A program made the position numbers and the translations under genes. From the human T2T-CHM13v2.0 reference genome, Homo sapiens, in assembly GCF_009914755.1 (NCBI RefSeq), contig NC_060947.1: a stretch of 64,000 nt of DNA, one strand, 5' to 3'. Positions 1 through 12,971 of the stretch are shown in pieces (position 1 is the stretch's first letter; every line of letters starts with the position of its first letter). The notes under the pieces are model-generated. The model did no database searches and had not been told where the DNA came from. It saw nothing but the letters and a program-made list of their open reading frames with translations.

Positions 1-129
1 TGTTTGGTTTTCTGTCCTTGTGATAGTTTGCTGAGAATGATGGTTTCCAGCTGCATCCATGTTCCTGCAAAGGAAGTGAACTCATCCTTTTTTATGGTTG
101 CAGAGTATTCCATGGTGTATATGTGCCAC
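1..129 (-). mobile_element. L1PA 3' region fragment (cut by window edge)
   Basis: TGTTTGGTTTTCTGTCCTTGTGATAGTTTGCTGAGAATGATGGTTTCCAGC...GTATTCCATGGTGTATATGTGCCAC is the reverse complement of the primate L1 ORF2 end/3'UTR. Confidence 0.9.
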
Positions 130-227
130 AAAAAAATATGCCTTCTTGATTAGACAGCTGCACTGTGGTTTAGCAACAAATTATCATGGGACTTCATTTT
201 TGTTATATACTTTACAGTATATATCTG

Positions 228-345
228 TGAGAGAAAAAGAAATAGATAAATTAAGAGAGATGGGGGATTGAGAAAGATTGAAAGAAAAAGAGAGATTGAA
301 AGGGACAGAGACATGGAGAAAAAGAGAGAGAAAGAGAGAGAAAGA
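228..345. repeat. GA-rich low-complexity tract
   Basis: Purine-rich (GA)n/GAAA degenerate run. Confidence 0.7.
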
Positions 346-2949
346 TAATCACCAACCTGCTCCTGACCCCCCACCAACTTCTAACCCCAATGCCCCTGGC
401 CTTAACCATTGGATTTTTAAAAGTAGATCAGAACCATACTTAACATTTTAAAAGCCTCCTTTCAAGCTTAAGCCATTTTTTGTTAAAAATTTTAAGTGAT
501 CTTTAGTAAGCAAGAAGGTCATGCTACAGCTATGATTTTGTGCCAGAAAAAAAGTACATGTTTAGATGACTGCTGATGTTAATAGAGGAATGAATCCTCT
601 CACCACTCTTTTATTCAATGTGTTCTCTTACAGTAATTTTTTATCAGCTTCTGATTCCTTAGTTTTAAATCTAACAAAATGTAAAGGAGATGTAAGAACA
701 GTGCCCCGGGAAAGGAAACATGAATATTCCACTCCCTACTTCACCCTCACTGCTCTCTCATCAGGCTATTTGTTGATTCAATGTCCATTGCTCAAGAACA
801 CATCAACTTGGCATCTGCATTATTTTCTAGGCTTGTGTCTGCATTTTGCCTCCCATCTGAACATTACAAAAACCCCAAAATACTCATTTATTCAGTGAGT
901 TGAAGAAAAATTCTCGTACACTGGAGTTGGGCGTTCAGCCTAACTCTGTTTCTTTGCTTCCAAAAGTCATAGTGTTTCCAAAATTGAATACATAAATGCA
1001 AGTCTGATGAAGAACAGTGCTGCCTCGCCTTAAATAACTTTCTACTGTAAATTATGTGACGGGGCAAACACAGATAAGAAAATAAGAGGTTTGCTCAAAT
1101 GTCTAAACACTTGCTTTCTGGTTTTGCTGCTTTATCCTATAACTGGGACTCCTGTCATAATTTCACACACACGGTGAATTTCATACCCATCTTCCTTGGA
1201 GTTGCTGTTTAGGCTGCTTCTCTCCTGGAGGCATTGTTTGTTTCTTCCCCAACCTCAAACACCCAGAAGAGTCTCCAATTCATATATTGACATTCTGTTC
1301 TGTCTACCTCCAGAGGCAGCTCAAAGTACCCCCATCTGTGAGGTCTTCTTTGTTAACTCTCAGTCATCCCAAATTCTCCCTTATCTAAATATATATGGAA
1401 TTGGCAGGCATCCTTATATAGTTTTATCCCAGTTTAATATTGATGTGTTATTCTGTAAATTTCCCTGTGTCCTACCTACCTAGAATGGTAAGCTGTATGA
1501 AGGTTAAGGCAGTTTTACATCACAAGCCTGTGTAAGTGACAGGGGCATGGGTGTTTAACAAATACTTGCTGGCACAGAGATTGAGTAACCCATTTTTTTT
1601 TTCTGGACTAGTAAGTGGGAAAAAAATATAGGGAGAAGACTTGTCTTTGGAACCAGTGGTCCTTAGTTATCTGATTTCACAAAGGATCACAATGTAAAAA
1701 TTATATTCTGCCTCAGGAGAAACATGGGGCAAATATGGCCTCTTACTTTGACATTCACCACATCCTTCAAATTGGCAGTCCCCCTGAATTAACAGTAACA
1801 AGGATTTGCCAAAATGATACAGGGAATGGAGAGAGCAAAATTCTCTTCCCTTGCATAGAAGCAGAGCAATTTCTGGTTCCAAAAAGATGGCCCAAATGGG
1901 AGAAAATGTTTTCCAAAGACACTTATCTTGTCCTTAAGTATGAGCAGCAAGTAGCCTGGGACTTGGCATATTGACAACGGTGGCTAGTATCTCAAAGTCT
2001 CAACATTTAAGGATAACCTTTTCTTTGTGATATGCTAAACTGTCACTTTCAACCTGAAGAAGGTCGCATCACACATTAACAGCTCGGTCAAGTTAGCAGA
2101 TGATGCAATAAATTTGGTCATATAGATATTGCAAAACTTCAGAGAAGAATAAACAGTTTAAAAGCATGTATTTAAATTATGTGAAAAATGCTGGTACACG
2201 CATTATAAATATTTCCACAAGCTATCTTTGGAGCATTTCACCAAGACATACATTCTGCATGTTTGAATAGATGCAGTAGAAGGAAAAAAGGCAATATTCT
2301 CTTTGTTTAAATGCTCTTATGCTGAAGAGTTTTAACAGCCTCCCGGGAAGGAAGCATAGAAAGTACTAAAGCAAATTCTAAGCGTGTCCACGTTGTTTCT
2401 GCTCAGCTGCATTTAATTATCAATCATATCATCATCACTTGCTTTCTCTTCTTTTCTCATCATGTGTTTTCTCCCCATGGAAAAAAAAATACCATTTAAA
2501 AAGATAGCAAACATCCAGAGTTTTTCTACATTGCTTGACAGACCGATTTTACCCTTTCTTTTACTTCTTTCAGACCATAAGTACGGATCCATTTTCTCTT
2601 TTTCAATTCACGTTTGAATGCATGCTGATACCAAGTATATGCAATACATCATATATTGAATATTAACTATAAGATTTAATTTTTAATAGATGTAGTACAT
2701 CTTGGAAACAATCCACAGAATTTGCACAATCACTTCAAAATACTTAGCTACAGATGCTGGAGACCTATTCCAACTTGGGTGCCATCACTTAAACGTATCT
2801 ACAGCTCTGCTTTTGAGGAACTCTCCTAGAATGATTACTCATAACATGTCCTATATTCACTGTGTTTAGGCCAAAAAATATATATTCCTAGAAAAATCAA
2901 CTATCATATTTGCCAAACGTGCCTAAGCAATAAATTTGTTTAAGCCTCA

Positions 2950-3450
2950 ATGGACTCAGAAATTCCAATGCTACATATATACCCAAGAGAACTGAAAACA
3001 TGTATCTACACAAAGACTTGCACAAGAATGTTCATAGCAGTATTATTCATAATAACCAAAAAGTGGAAACAACCTAACTATCCATTAACTGATGAATGGA
3101 TCAATAAGATGTGGTCTATCCACACAATGGAATATCATTCAGTCATACAAAGGAATGAAGTTCAGATACATACTATAACATGAACATGGATGAATCTTGA
3201 AAACATTTTGCTAAGTAAAATAAACTAGACACAAAAGGTCACATATTGTATAATTCCATTTTATGAAATATCCACAACTGGAAGATCCACAGAGATAGAA
3301 AGTAGATTAGACAGAAACTGAGGGCAAGGAACAGTGGAGAATGACTGCTTAATGGGCACAAGGTTTCTTCTTGGGGGTGATAAAAATGTCCTAAAATTAA
3401 ATGGGTGAATTATATGTTAGGTGAATTAAATCTCAATAAAGCTGTTTTTT
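2950..3450 (+). mobile_element. Old L1 (L1MB-like) 3' fragment
   Basis: ORF 2950..3183 resembles the L1 ORF2 C-terminus (YPRELKT..TCTRMFIAVLFIITKKWKQP..DEWINKMW); ends CTCAATAAAGCTG. Confidence 0.85.
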
Positions 3451-4199
3451 TTAAAACAATAAAGGAAATAATGGGTATAACTGAAATCTACTTAATATGG
3501 GTTCTCCTGTAGCATTTCCCTGCTTTTGTTTTTGTGAACAACTCATTTGAGATTTGTCAGAAGGCATTGAGGAAGAAAAGCTGTTTTCTATAGCCATTGC
3601 CCCATCCATAGATCCACCACCAAGCTGTCTACTCAACATCAAACACACACAAAAGTTCATACTATAGAGTCCTTTCCCCTGCATGATTCCAGTCTTCCAA
3701 ATTTAAGAGGATAACACCAGAGCCTTGTCTTCCCTTCTACAGTCTTTCTTCTTAGCACAAAGCTATTGTAAAAAAATAAGTCTAAAATATCCAAAGGTTT
3801 GGTAAAAGTCAGAGGTTCCCATCTACAAATAGTGTATTTAATATTTTATGCCAAAAAAATTCTGGACAAGTTTACTCCCTGAAGGACTACTATTTACAAT
3901 TCTTGCAATTTGGGAAAAAATGTTAGCACCTTTCTAACGCCAGAATTAATCACTCCCTCTTCTTTGTTTCCAAAACACTTTATAAATTTTTTACAACTAT
4001 TGTTTAACTTACACCAAGTAATATCTGTTTATTTTAGAAAACCTAAAGTACAAAAATGCAAAAGAGGATTTAAATTCACTCAGAGATATTATAATATTTT
4101 GATGTATTTTTCTGGGTTCTCTTTTTATACTGCACTCATTTCAAAATTCCAAACCATTTATATATAAAGGAGATTGATTACAGAATCAATCCCTTACAT

Positions 4200-4621
4200 T
4201 GTGGAAGAAATTTCCATTAATAGATAGAGTCTATGGCCCAATCCCTTGAATTTGGGCTGCCATGTAGCCTGACCAATAGAAGATAGCACAAGTGACAGTG
4301 CATAGTTTCTAGCCTATGCCTCAAGAGGCTTGGAGCATCTTCTTCCTCTCTTACAACTCTGCTTCCACCATGAGTACAAATCTGAGCTAGCCTGCTGGAG
4401 AATGAGGCCATAGGGATCAGCATGAATTATCCCCAACAACATGCTAGCTGACCGCATATGCATGAGCAAACCCAGTAGAGATCCGCCACACTCTTTCCAC
4501 ATCAACCAGACTACACAAACCTACAGATCCATGTGCAAAATTAACTATCCATTGTTGCATGAAACCAAGTGTTGTGGTTGTCTGTTATACAACTTTATCG
4601 TGGTCATAGATAACTGGTGCA
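4200..4621 (+). mobile_element. MaLR LTR (MLT1-type, old)
   Basis: CCCTTGAATTTGGGCTG...TGACCAATAGAA and terminal TTGTGGTTGTCTGTTATACA...AGATAACTGGTGCA typical of MLT1H/I/J. Confidence 0.65.
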
Positions 4622-5029
4622 GTAGGTAATTCAATGTTGTACTTTAGGTTCTTAGAAGCTAACTCCACCTAATGAAAAATGGAGTTGTGAAGATATTGGG
4701 CAGCTAGCTAAGGGGATCATGGAGAGGCCCAGAACCAAGCTTCCGAGAAAAATTTTCAAAACCACATAATGGAGCTGATCTGGTAATTTAACTGAATTTG
4801 GCCATCTTCAAGCTCCAGATGCTATAATTTATGTTGCCTCCCAAACCTAAATGTTACTACAACCACACTGTTACCAGATGGATGCCACTCTCATCAGAAA
4901 CTCAACTTTGCTGCCACTGCTGCCTGTAAAAGCTAGAAACTTCTGCTTCTAGCCACCCTTGCTAGAAAATAGATGCCTTCATTATGTTCTTACCTAGAGA
5001 AATCTAGGAAGAATTTTCTTACAAAAATT

Positions 5030-5860
5030 AAATCTACCTGATTTTTAAAAAATGGGCAAAGGTCTTGAACAGACCCTTCACCAAAGAGGATATAAGGATG
5101 GCCAATAAGTACATGAAAATATGGTCAGCATCATCAACTGTTAGGGAAATTCCAAGCAGAACCATGACAAGATACCACTCATTAAAGATACCACCTATTA
5201 AAGTGAAAAAAATAGAAACTACTAATAATACCAAGTGCTGGTAAGGATGCAGAGCAACTGAAACTCTCATATATTGTTGATGGGAATGAAAATGGTACAA
5301 CCACCCTGGAAAATAGTTTGATAGTTTCTCATAAAGTTAACCATACACTCACTATATGACACAGCAATCCTACTCCTGGAATTTACTCTAGAGAAATTAA
5401 AACTTGTATCTACATAAAAACTTGTAAATAAACATTTATAGCCATACTAATTGCCCTCAAATTGAAAACAAGCCAAATTTACTTTGACGGGTGAATGGAA
5501 AAACAAACTTGGACATCCATATCATGGAACTTACTACTCAGCAATAAAAAAGAACAAACTATTGATAATGCAACAAGTTGGACAAATCACAAAGACATTA
5601 TATTGAGCAAAAGAAGCCAGTCTCAAAAGGCTAAATACTGTACAATTCAATTTCTATGAAATTCTTAAACAGACAAGACTATAGTGATGGAGAACAGATC
5701 AGTGGTTGCCAGTAGGGGCAGGTTAGGAATGATAAAGCAATCATTCAAGACAGTTTTTTGGGGACACTGAAACTGTTCTGTATTCTGATTGTGGCAGTGG
5801 CTACACAAATTTATGCATGTACTAAAATCCATAGAATTATACTCCAAAAGAAAAAAAATC
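5030..5860 (+). mobile_element. Old L1 (L1MC/MD-like) ORF2 end and 3'UTR
   Basis: AAATGGGCAAAGGTCTTGAACAGACCCTTCACCAAAGAGGATATA...; ends GTACTAAAATCCATAGAA. Confidence 0.85.
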
Positions 5861-6106
5861 ATTTTTTTTGCTATCCCTTATATTAATATGGACTACTCAA
5901 TGCTCCAAACATCTCATCCACAGTAGCTTCTGGGGGAAACGTTACTTCATTTCTAAAAAAGAGAAACTATAATTCAACAATATGAAGTGGCTACCAAGGT
6001 TCTCAGCAATTCATGATTGCCCAACCCCAAAGATGCTATCACAGTTTACATGGAAAATGGTTTTATTTTAAGTCATTGTCTCAGAAATTAGACAAACATA
6101 CGTATT

Positions 6107-6174
6107 TTATTTGTCTCTAAACTTTCAAATAAAGTTTCAAATAAAGTTATTTGTCTCTAAACTTTCAAATAAAG
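6107..6174. repeat. Perfect local duplication, A-B-B-A-B
   Basis: A=TTATTTGTCTCTAAAC (6107, 6147); B=TTTCAAATAAAG (6123, 6135, 6163). Confidence 0.9.
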
Positions 6175-6521
6175 TCCTTGGGTGCTCTCCCTCGTTGGCT
6201 TTTAGAGCCAAAGAGATGACTGTGAAATTTGAATAAGGTTGTTGAAGACTGCAAAGAAGAAGCTTGGAATTAGGAAAGAGGAGAAGGAGAGGAGTAGGAA
6301 CAAAGAAGACCTACTAGAAAAGGATGGGCAAGGGGCTGATGATGGTAGGAAGGGTCTATATGACAGATGAGATTTTGTCTTGATTGTAACAGGGACTTCA
6401 TAACGAAATTAAATGATGTTGTTAATTATTATTAAATGATGTTATTAATGCTTAAGGAAGAGGAAAGCATGGATTAAAACAAGGTTAACCCATCATCCAG
6501 GAAAGTAGTTAGAAGGTCCAG

Positions 6522-6874
6522 TGTATTAAACTGTTTTCACATTGCTGTGAGGTTTGACTCACAGTTCCACATGGCTGGGAGGCCTCAGGAAACTAACAAT
6601 CATGGTGGAAGGCAAAGGGGAAGCAAGGACCTTCTTTGCATGGTGGCAGGAAAGAGAAAAGCGAAGGAGGAACTTCCACACACTTATAAAACCATCAGGT
6701 CTCTTGAAAACTCACTCGCTAACATGAGAACAGCATAGGGGAAATCACCTCCATGATCCAACCACCTCTCTCCATGTAATACCCATGGGTATTACAGGTC
6801 TCTCCCTCCCTCGACACATGAGGATTAAAAATCAAAATGAGATGTAAATGGAGACACAGAGCCAAACCATATCA
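6522..6874 (-). mobile_element. MaLR solo LTR (MST/THE1 family)
   Basis: TGTATT...GACTCACAGTTCCACATGGCTGGGAGGCCTCAGGAAAC...CAGAGCCAAACCATATCA; near 5-bp TSD TCCAG/CCCAG. Confidence 0.9.
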
Positions 6875-8339
6875 CCCAGCATGAGAGACAAGGGCCATGC
6901 CCGGTGGAACAGAGAGAAAAGGCTAAATAGGAACATTGCCTAGAACAGGAGACAAGTCTTGGGGGTCATTTCAATACAGAATATAAACGCTGAGGAACAA
7001 TAAGAAATGTGTTCAAGATTCCAAGGTTACAAAAATGGTTATCACAGAAGAAAACAGGAAGGTTTAGAGAAAGAACTGGTTGCGGTTTGTATATTCATGT
7101 ATTTACTTTTCCTTTGTTGGGGGAAAGGGTTGGTAATTATTTTAAATATTTAGAGTTTGAAGTGATGGTGGAATCAACAAGTAGAAACATTTTGTTTGCA
7201 AACAGAAATATGGAACTAGGGTTCAACTGGGGAGAGAAATAACAATTTTTACCTCTAAAGGATAGAAATGATAGTTGAAATAAACTAAGACATGACATAA
7301 GCCAAACAAACAAAATTGTTGAGAAAACTCATTTCTTCCATTTGACTAAAATATTTTGACAAACATGAATATCTGATTTAATCTACAAATTCCTACCATG
7401 AAAGCACATTATGAACATCTGTTTTAGTGTCACTTCATTTTAAAGGAACCTTTATATTTGTCTTCCAAAATATATTTAATTAGTGAATATCATACAAAAT
7501 GATGGCATCAATTTTTGTCAATCAAGAGAAATACCTAAGTTAAAATCAAACTCATAGGTAACAAGATCAGTATATTCAAGGAATGCAGTATAAACCAGAC
7601 ACGTTCTGCTCCTCTTTGCAAAGCACCTTCCGATACCATACTTTGTTCTCTAGAGATGTTAACGTAATTGCTGAGGATGCTTGCCAGTGGTATTTTTTCC
7701 AATGGTATTTATTATAAAACAATCCTGGCAAGTGAAAGAAAACAGCACACACTGCTAATATTTTGGTAGATTTGTGTGTTTATTCTAGCACTGTTAATAA
7801 GAGAGAAGTAAGCAACCAATGAGCACAGAAGAATGCTGCTGATGTAAATGAATATGTACTCAAAGCTTAGCTCTTCCTCCCCCTTCTGACAGGGGAATGA
7901 CAAGGAGTATTTTCATCTTGGATTTCTCTTAGCCTCCCACATTAACAAATGCAGCACCCAAAGACATGCTGTTGATGCCCCGAGGCGGCAATAAGGACAG
8001 ACAAAGCAATAGCCTGCCAGAGAGCTTCCCATGTAATGGAAAAAAAAGGGCAGGCGAATCCAAATTACAGAGAAAGAGAATCCAGCTGAAGGGCCAATGA
8101 AGTCAGTTGGCTGCTAATGAGGTCACTGTTATAAGGTGGCTTTCTTCAGTCCCTCAGCACAGCCTTCAGTATTGCATCTTATCAACACGCATATGGCCAT
8201 GCTACCAGGCAGACAGGACAGGAGAATGTGGGCTGATTGGGTGAAAAGCATCATCAATAAAAGAAACATTGTATTTTACTAACATAGATAAACAGTGACA
8301 CTTGGTGTTCAAATGATGTTTTATGTATTCTTCCAAGTA

Positions 8340-8840
8340 TCCCATTCTAATCATGCAAAATCAGACAAACTGAAACCGAGGGACATTCTACAAAATACCT
8401 GACCAATACTTTTCAAAAGTGGCAAGCTCACGAAAAATAAATAAAGACAGATTGGAGGAGACCAAGAAGCCTTGCCAACCTGATGTAATGTGAGATTCTG
8501 CATCAATCAGGTCCTGAAGCAGGAAAAGGATATTAGCGGAAAAACTGATAAAAATCCAAGTAAGTTCTATATTTCAGTTAAAAGTATTTCAAAGTTACAG
8601 TTAGACAGGAAAAATAAGTTCTGATGTTCTATTGTACAGTAGGGTAACTATACCTAATAACAATAAAGTGTACATTTCAAGATAGCTAGAAGGTATAGAA
8701 TGTTATCTCCACAAATAATAAATGTCTACAGTGGTAGACAGAGTAATTACCCTGATTTGATCATTATACAATGTATACATGCATTGAAATATCACACTGT
8801 ACCCCATAAATATGTACAACTGTTATGTATCAATTATAAG
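8340..8840 (+). mobile_element. L1M 3' fragments (L1MC-like followed by L1MA-like)
   Basis: GAGGGACATTCTACAAAATACCTGACC, then CAGTTAGACAGGAAAAATAAGTTCT...CCCTGATTTGATCATTATACAATGTATACATG...CCCCATAAATATGTAC. Confidence 0.75.
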
Positions 8841-9294
8841 TTTTGTTAAAGTATTAATTAAAAACATTACCAAGATTGCCCCAGTAATAAACCTGTTGCC
8901 AAAGTTTGTTTCTTAGTTCCCATGAATGTAGAGGATAAACTACATTGTATCATAATTCTTCAACTACTACTTATTTTCCCTACAGTTTAAAAAACCTAAA
9001 GTTGCATCTTACAATTGCTCTTTACATTTACCATAGTATTGTTGCCTTTCCTCTTCCCGCTGAAGCATTATAAAATTGATGTACACCTTCCTATAACATT
9101 TGAGAACGAATTAAAGTAATAAACAATAAATACTTCTACATGACCCCTTATAGCTTGTGTACCCTCAACCAATTCATTTCACAAGCTCCTACAAAGTACA
9201 TACTGTTATACTCCCCTTAAACAACTGAGAAAACTGAAATTCACACCTAATAAATAGTGGCACTGAGATTTGATCCTAGGCTTGTCTAAGATCA

Positions 9295-10185
9295 TATTGT
9301 CCTTCAGTTATGTTTTTGAGTAGCTAAGATTGTGGGTGACTGATTCTAAATGCTACTTCCCATGAGCCTGTGCTAAAGTTTTTGAGTTCTGCTACAACTG
9401 TGCTGGGCAGTTCTGTGCAAGCTCGGACTGACGTTGTGTGCTGCTAGTGATTCATCTCTAGTGCACACCTCATCATATGTAAGAAGCATGTGGAAGTTAA
9501 AACCCCAGAAGCAATCTTAAAAAATGGAAGATGGAAACCAACAGAGACATTCTCCAGCTTCCCTTCCTTTAGCTCGTGGCAGATTAAAGAAGACCACAAA
9601 TTCTTTGTCACTTCTTCCATCAAGGGGTAGACTCTTTTTCCCTTGCCCTAGAATCTGGGCTGGCCCTGTGACTCACTCTGATCAAATACCATTAGACCAA
9701 CATTCAGTGAAGAAGCCCAAACTAGTCAGTTGGAGAGAGAAGGGCCACATGGAGGATCACTGAGGCACCACACATGTGAATGAAGACACCTTGAACTTTC
9801 CAGGCATCCCAGACACCAGCTGGAAGCAGCCAAGTGAGCGAGCCCAGCCAATGCCATGCAGAGCCAAAGAACTACCCAGCTGAGCTGTGATCTAATTCCT
9901 GACCCACAGAATCATGCCACTAAGTTTGGAGGTGGTTTGTTATGCAGCAATAGAGAACTAAAACATGGGTAGATCATCTCGATAGACATTCTACACATTT
10001 TCCAGCAGTCCTGGTGGAACTTGAATCATCCCTTTTTCCACAATTACAACTTCCAAGATACAGCTTTACTTCCCCTCCTTCCCCATTTCATTATCCCTTT
10101 TTCTTCATTACTCCTTCCTGAGAGCACCTCCCAAATAAACTGCTTTCACCCAGATCCTGCCTTTGGGAAAACTCAGACTAAGAAA
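9295..10185 (+). mobile_element. ERVL LTR (LTR16-like) interrupted by an MLT1 LTR at about 9575-9965
   Basis: Outer part ends CACCTCCCAAATAAACTGC...TTTGGGAAAACTCAGACTAAGA; inner part starts GTGGCAGATTAAAGA and ends TTGTTATGCAGCAATAGAGAACTAAAACA. Confidence 0.65.
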
Positions 10186-10526
10186 CAGAGCTTTTGCCAC
10201 TCTTATCTTTTCTTCACAAAGTTTTAAAAACTTGTATTTTCATAAAAATAATGTAACCACATTGCTCCAATTATATATGGTAATAGCCAACCTTTCATTT
10301 TTTATTATAAAGCAGTTATTAAGTTAAAAGTTACATGTATGTACATATAGACAGGGAAATTATACTAATAGAGTGTGATCTAAAACTCTGTAAGAAGTCT
10401 TTTTAAATAAAATGAAAAAATCAACTTTCTGCATTATAAAAATATTGCATAGAAACATTTAATTAATTAATTGGAAGGAATCTTTGCAAATATATTGTTA
10501 ATTTTCTTCTTGACCATTCAACTTTC

Positions 10527-10834
10527 TTTTCTTTTTTTTTTTTTTTTTTCCTAAGACAGAGTCACACTCTGTTGCCCAGGCTGGAGTGCAATGGCACGAT
10601 CATGGTTCACTGCAACCTTGAACTCCTGGGCCTATGCAATCCTCTTGCCTCAGCCTCCCAAGTAGCTGGGACTATAAGCACCCACCACCACACCTGGTTA
10701 ATTTTTAAAATTCCTTTGTAGATATGGGGTCTCACTATGTTACCCAGGCTGGTCTCAAACTTCTGGCCTCAAGTGATCTTCCTGCCTCAGCCTGCTTTCA
10801 AGGGGATTACAGGTGTGAGTCACTGCACCTGGCC
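10527..10834 (-). mobile_element. Alu (AluJ-like)
   Basis: Poly-T plus reverse Alu dimer; TSD CATTCAACTTTC at 10515 and 10839. Confidence 0.95.
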
Positions 10835-11679
10835 CAATCATTCAACTTTCTTATTCAATGAACTTTTTAAAAAATAACTTTATTTTTAGATTGGTTTTAG
10901 ATTCAGTCAATGAACATTTATATAAGCAGCATCTACTATATCTTTATATAAATTAGAAATGATAACCTCATAAGGAGAGTAAAATACACAGTAGGATTTT
11001 AAACATTTTCTGTAAAAAAGGCTATTTCTTGATGAGGAAAGGCAAACTAGACAATCAAGATCCATTGACTCTCCTGCATCCGGCTCTCCCCAGGGAGCAC
11101 CAAAACAGAATAGCTCAAAGAAAATGAACTATTTCACATTTTTTAAACTTGTAACTCTGAATAACTAATTTCAGCTAAAGAACCCTGAACAAAAACCTAA
11201 ATATTTGATTACTTCCATAACACTATACCTATCTTTCACCATACACTTTCAGCTACATGAGAAAAAGTAATATATTTACAATTCAATCATAAATTAGAAG
11301 ATTAAAATATTGCCATTGCAGCAGAACAACAATATATTTGCTGAGCTCATGCCTTGGAGTGTCTGGAGCTGGTCTGGGATTCATATCACACTTTGTGACC
11401 TTCAAGCCTGTGGATAATCTTCATATCACCTTTCATGTTTACTTTCTCAGCATTTTGACACATTCTGACAATATCATTTATTGACAATATATTAAAACAT
11501 TAGAAGCCAGATTCAACACACCTCCTTGAGGACTTGCTGAAATATCTAGAGTAACACTCTGATATGATATGAAAACTGTATCTGTCTTTGAGCTCTCTTA
11601 TAAATCATGAAATGCAGAAACCTGACTCATTGCATCAGCAGCGGGAATCTAGAGACTGTGAGTACTAATCCTAGGTTCT

Positions 11680-12971
11680 TTAACTTTTATTTTAGGTTTG
11701 GGGTACATGTGCAAGTTTGTTACATGGGTAAACTTGTGTCACGGGGGTTTAGCTATACAGATTATTTCATCACCCAGGTATTAAGCCTAGTACTCATTAG
11801 TTATTTTTCCTGATCCTCTCCCTCCTCCCACTGCTCACCCTCAGGTAGGCCCCAGTGTCTGTTGTTCCCTTCTTTGTGTCCATGAGTTCCCATAATTTGG
11901 CTCCCACTTATAAGTGAGAACATGATGGTATTTGGTTTTCTGTTCCTGTGTGAGTTTGCTAAGGATAATGGTCTCCAGCTCTATCCATGTTCCTGCAAAG
12001 GACATGATCTCATTCTCTTTTATGACTGCAGAGTATTCCATGGTGTGTATGTACCACATTTTCTTTATCCAGTCTATCATTGACAGTCGTTTAGGTTGAT
12101 TCCATGTCTTTGCTATTGTGAATGGTGCTGCAATGAACAGGGATGTGCATGTATCTTTATAAAAGAAAGACTTATACTCCTTTGGGTATATACCGAGTAA
12201 TGGGATTGCTGGGGTTAGATGGTAATTCTGTCTTTAGGTCTTTGAATCACCCCACTGTCTTCCACAGTGGTTCAACTAATTTACACTCCCACCAGCAGTG
12301 TATAAGCATTCCTTTTTCTCCACAACCTCGCCAGCATCTGTTATTTTTTTACTTTTTAATAGTAGCCATTCTGACTAGTATGAGATGGTATCTCATTGTG
12401 GTTTTGATTTGCATTTCTCTAATCATCAGTGATGTTGAGCTTTTTTCATAGGATTGTTGGCCACATTTATGCCTTCTTTTGAAAAGTGTCTGTTCATATC
12501 CTTTGCCCACTTTTTAATAGCGTTGCTTCTTATCTTGTAAATGTGTTTAAGTTCCTTATAGATGCTGAATATTAGAACTTTGTCAGATGCATATATTGCA
12601 AAAATTTTCTCCTATTCTGTAGGCTGTTTACTGTGTTGATAGTTTCTTTTGCTGTGCAGCTCATTAGTTTAATTAGATCCCATTTGTCAATTTTTGCTTT
12701 TGTTGCAATTGGTTTTGTCTTTGTCATGAAATCTTTGCCCATGCCTATGTTCTGAATGGTATTGCTTCAGTTGTCCTCCACGGTTTTTACAGTGTTCGGT
12801 TTTACATTTAAGTCTTTAATCCATCCCAAGTTAATTTTTGTATATGGTGAAAGGAAAGGGTCCAGTTGCAATCTTCTGCATATTGACTAGCCAGTTATCC
12901 TAGCACCATTTACTGAATAGGGAATCCTTCAACAAACCCAACAAAAACAAGCAATGGGTAAAGGATTCCCT
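11680..12971 (-). mobile_element. 5'-truncated L1PA/PB with a short 5' inversion
   Basis: ORF 11841..12080 (-) matches the L1 ORF2 C-terminus (DWIKKMWYIHTMEY..NEIMSFAGTWIELETIILSKLTQEQKTKY); 12928-12971 is in the opposite orientation; TSD-like CTAATCCTAGGTTCT / CTAAACCTAGTTTCT. Confidence 0.92.
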
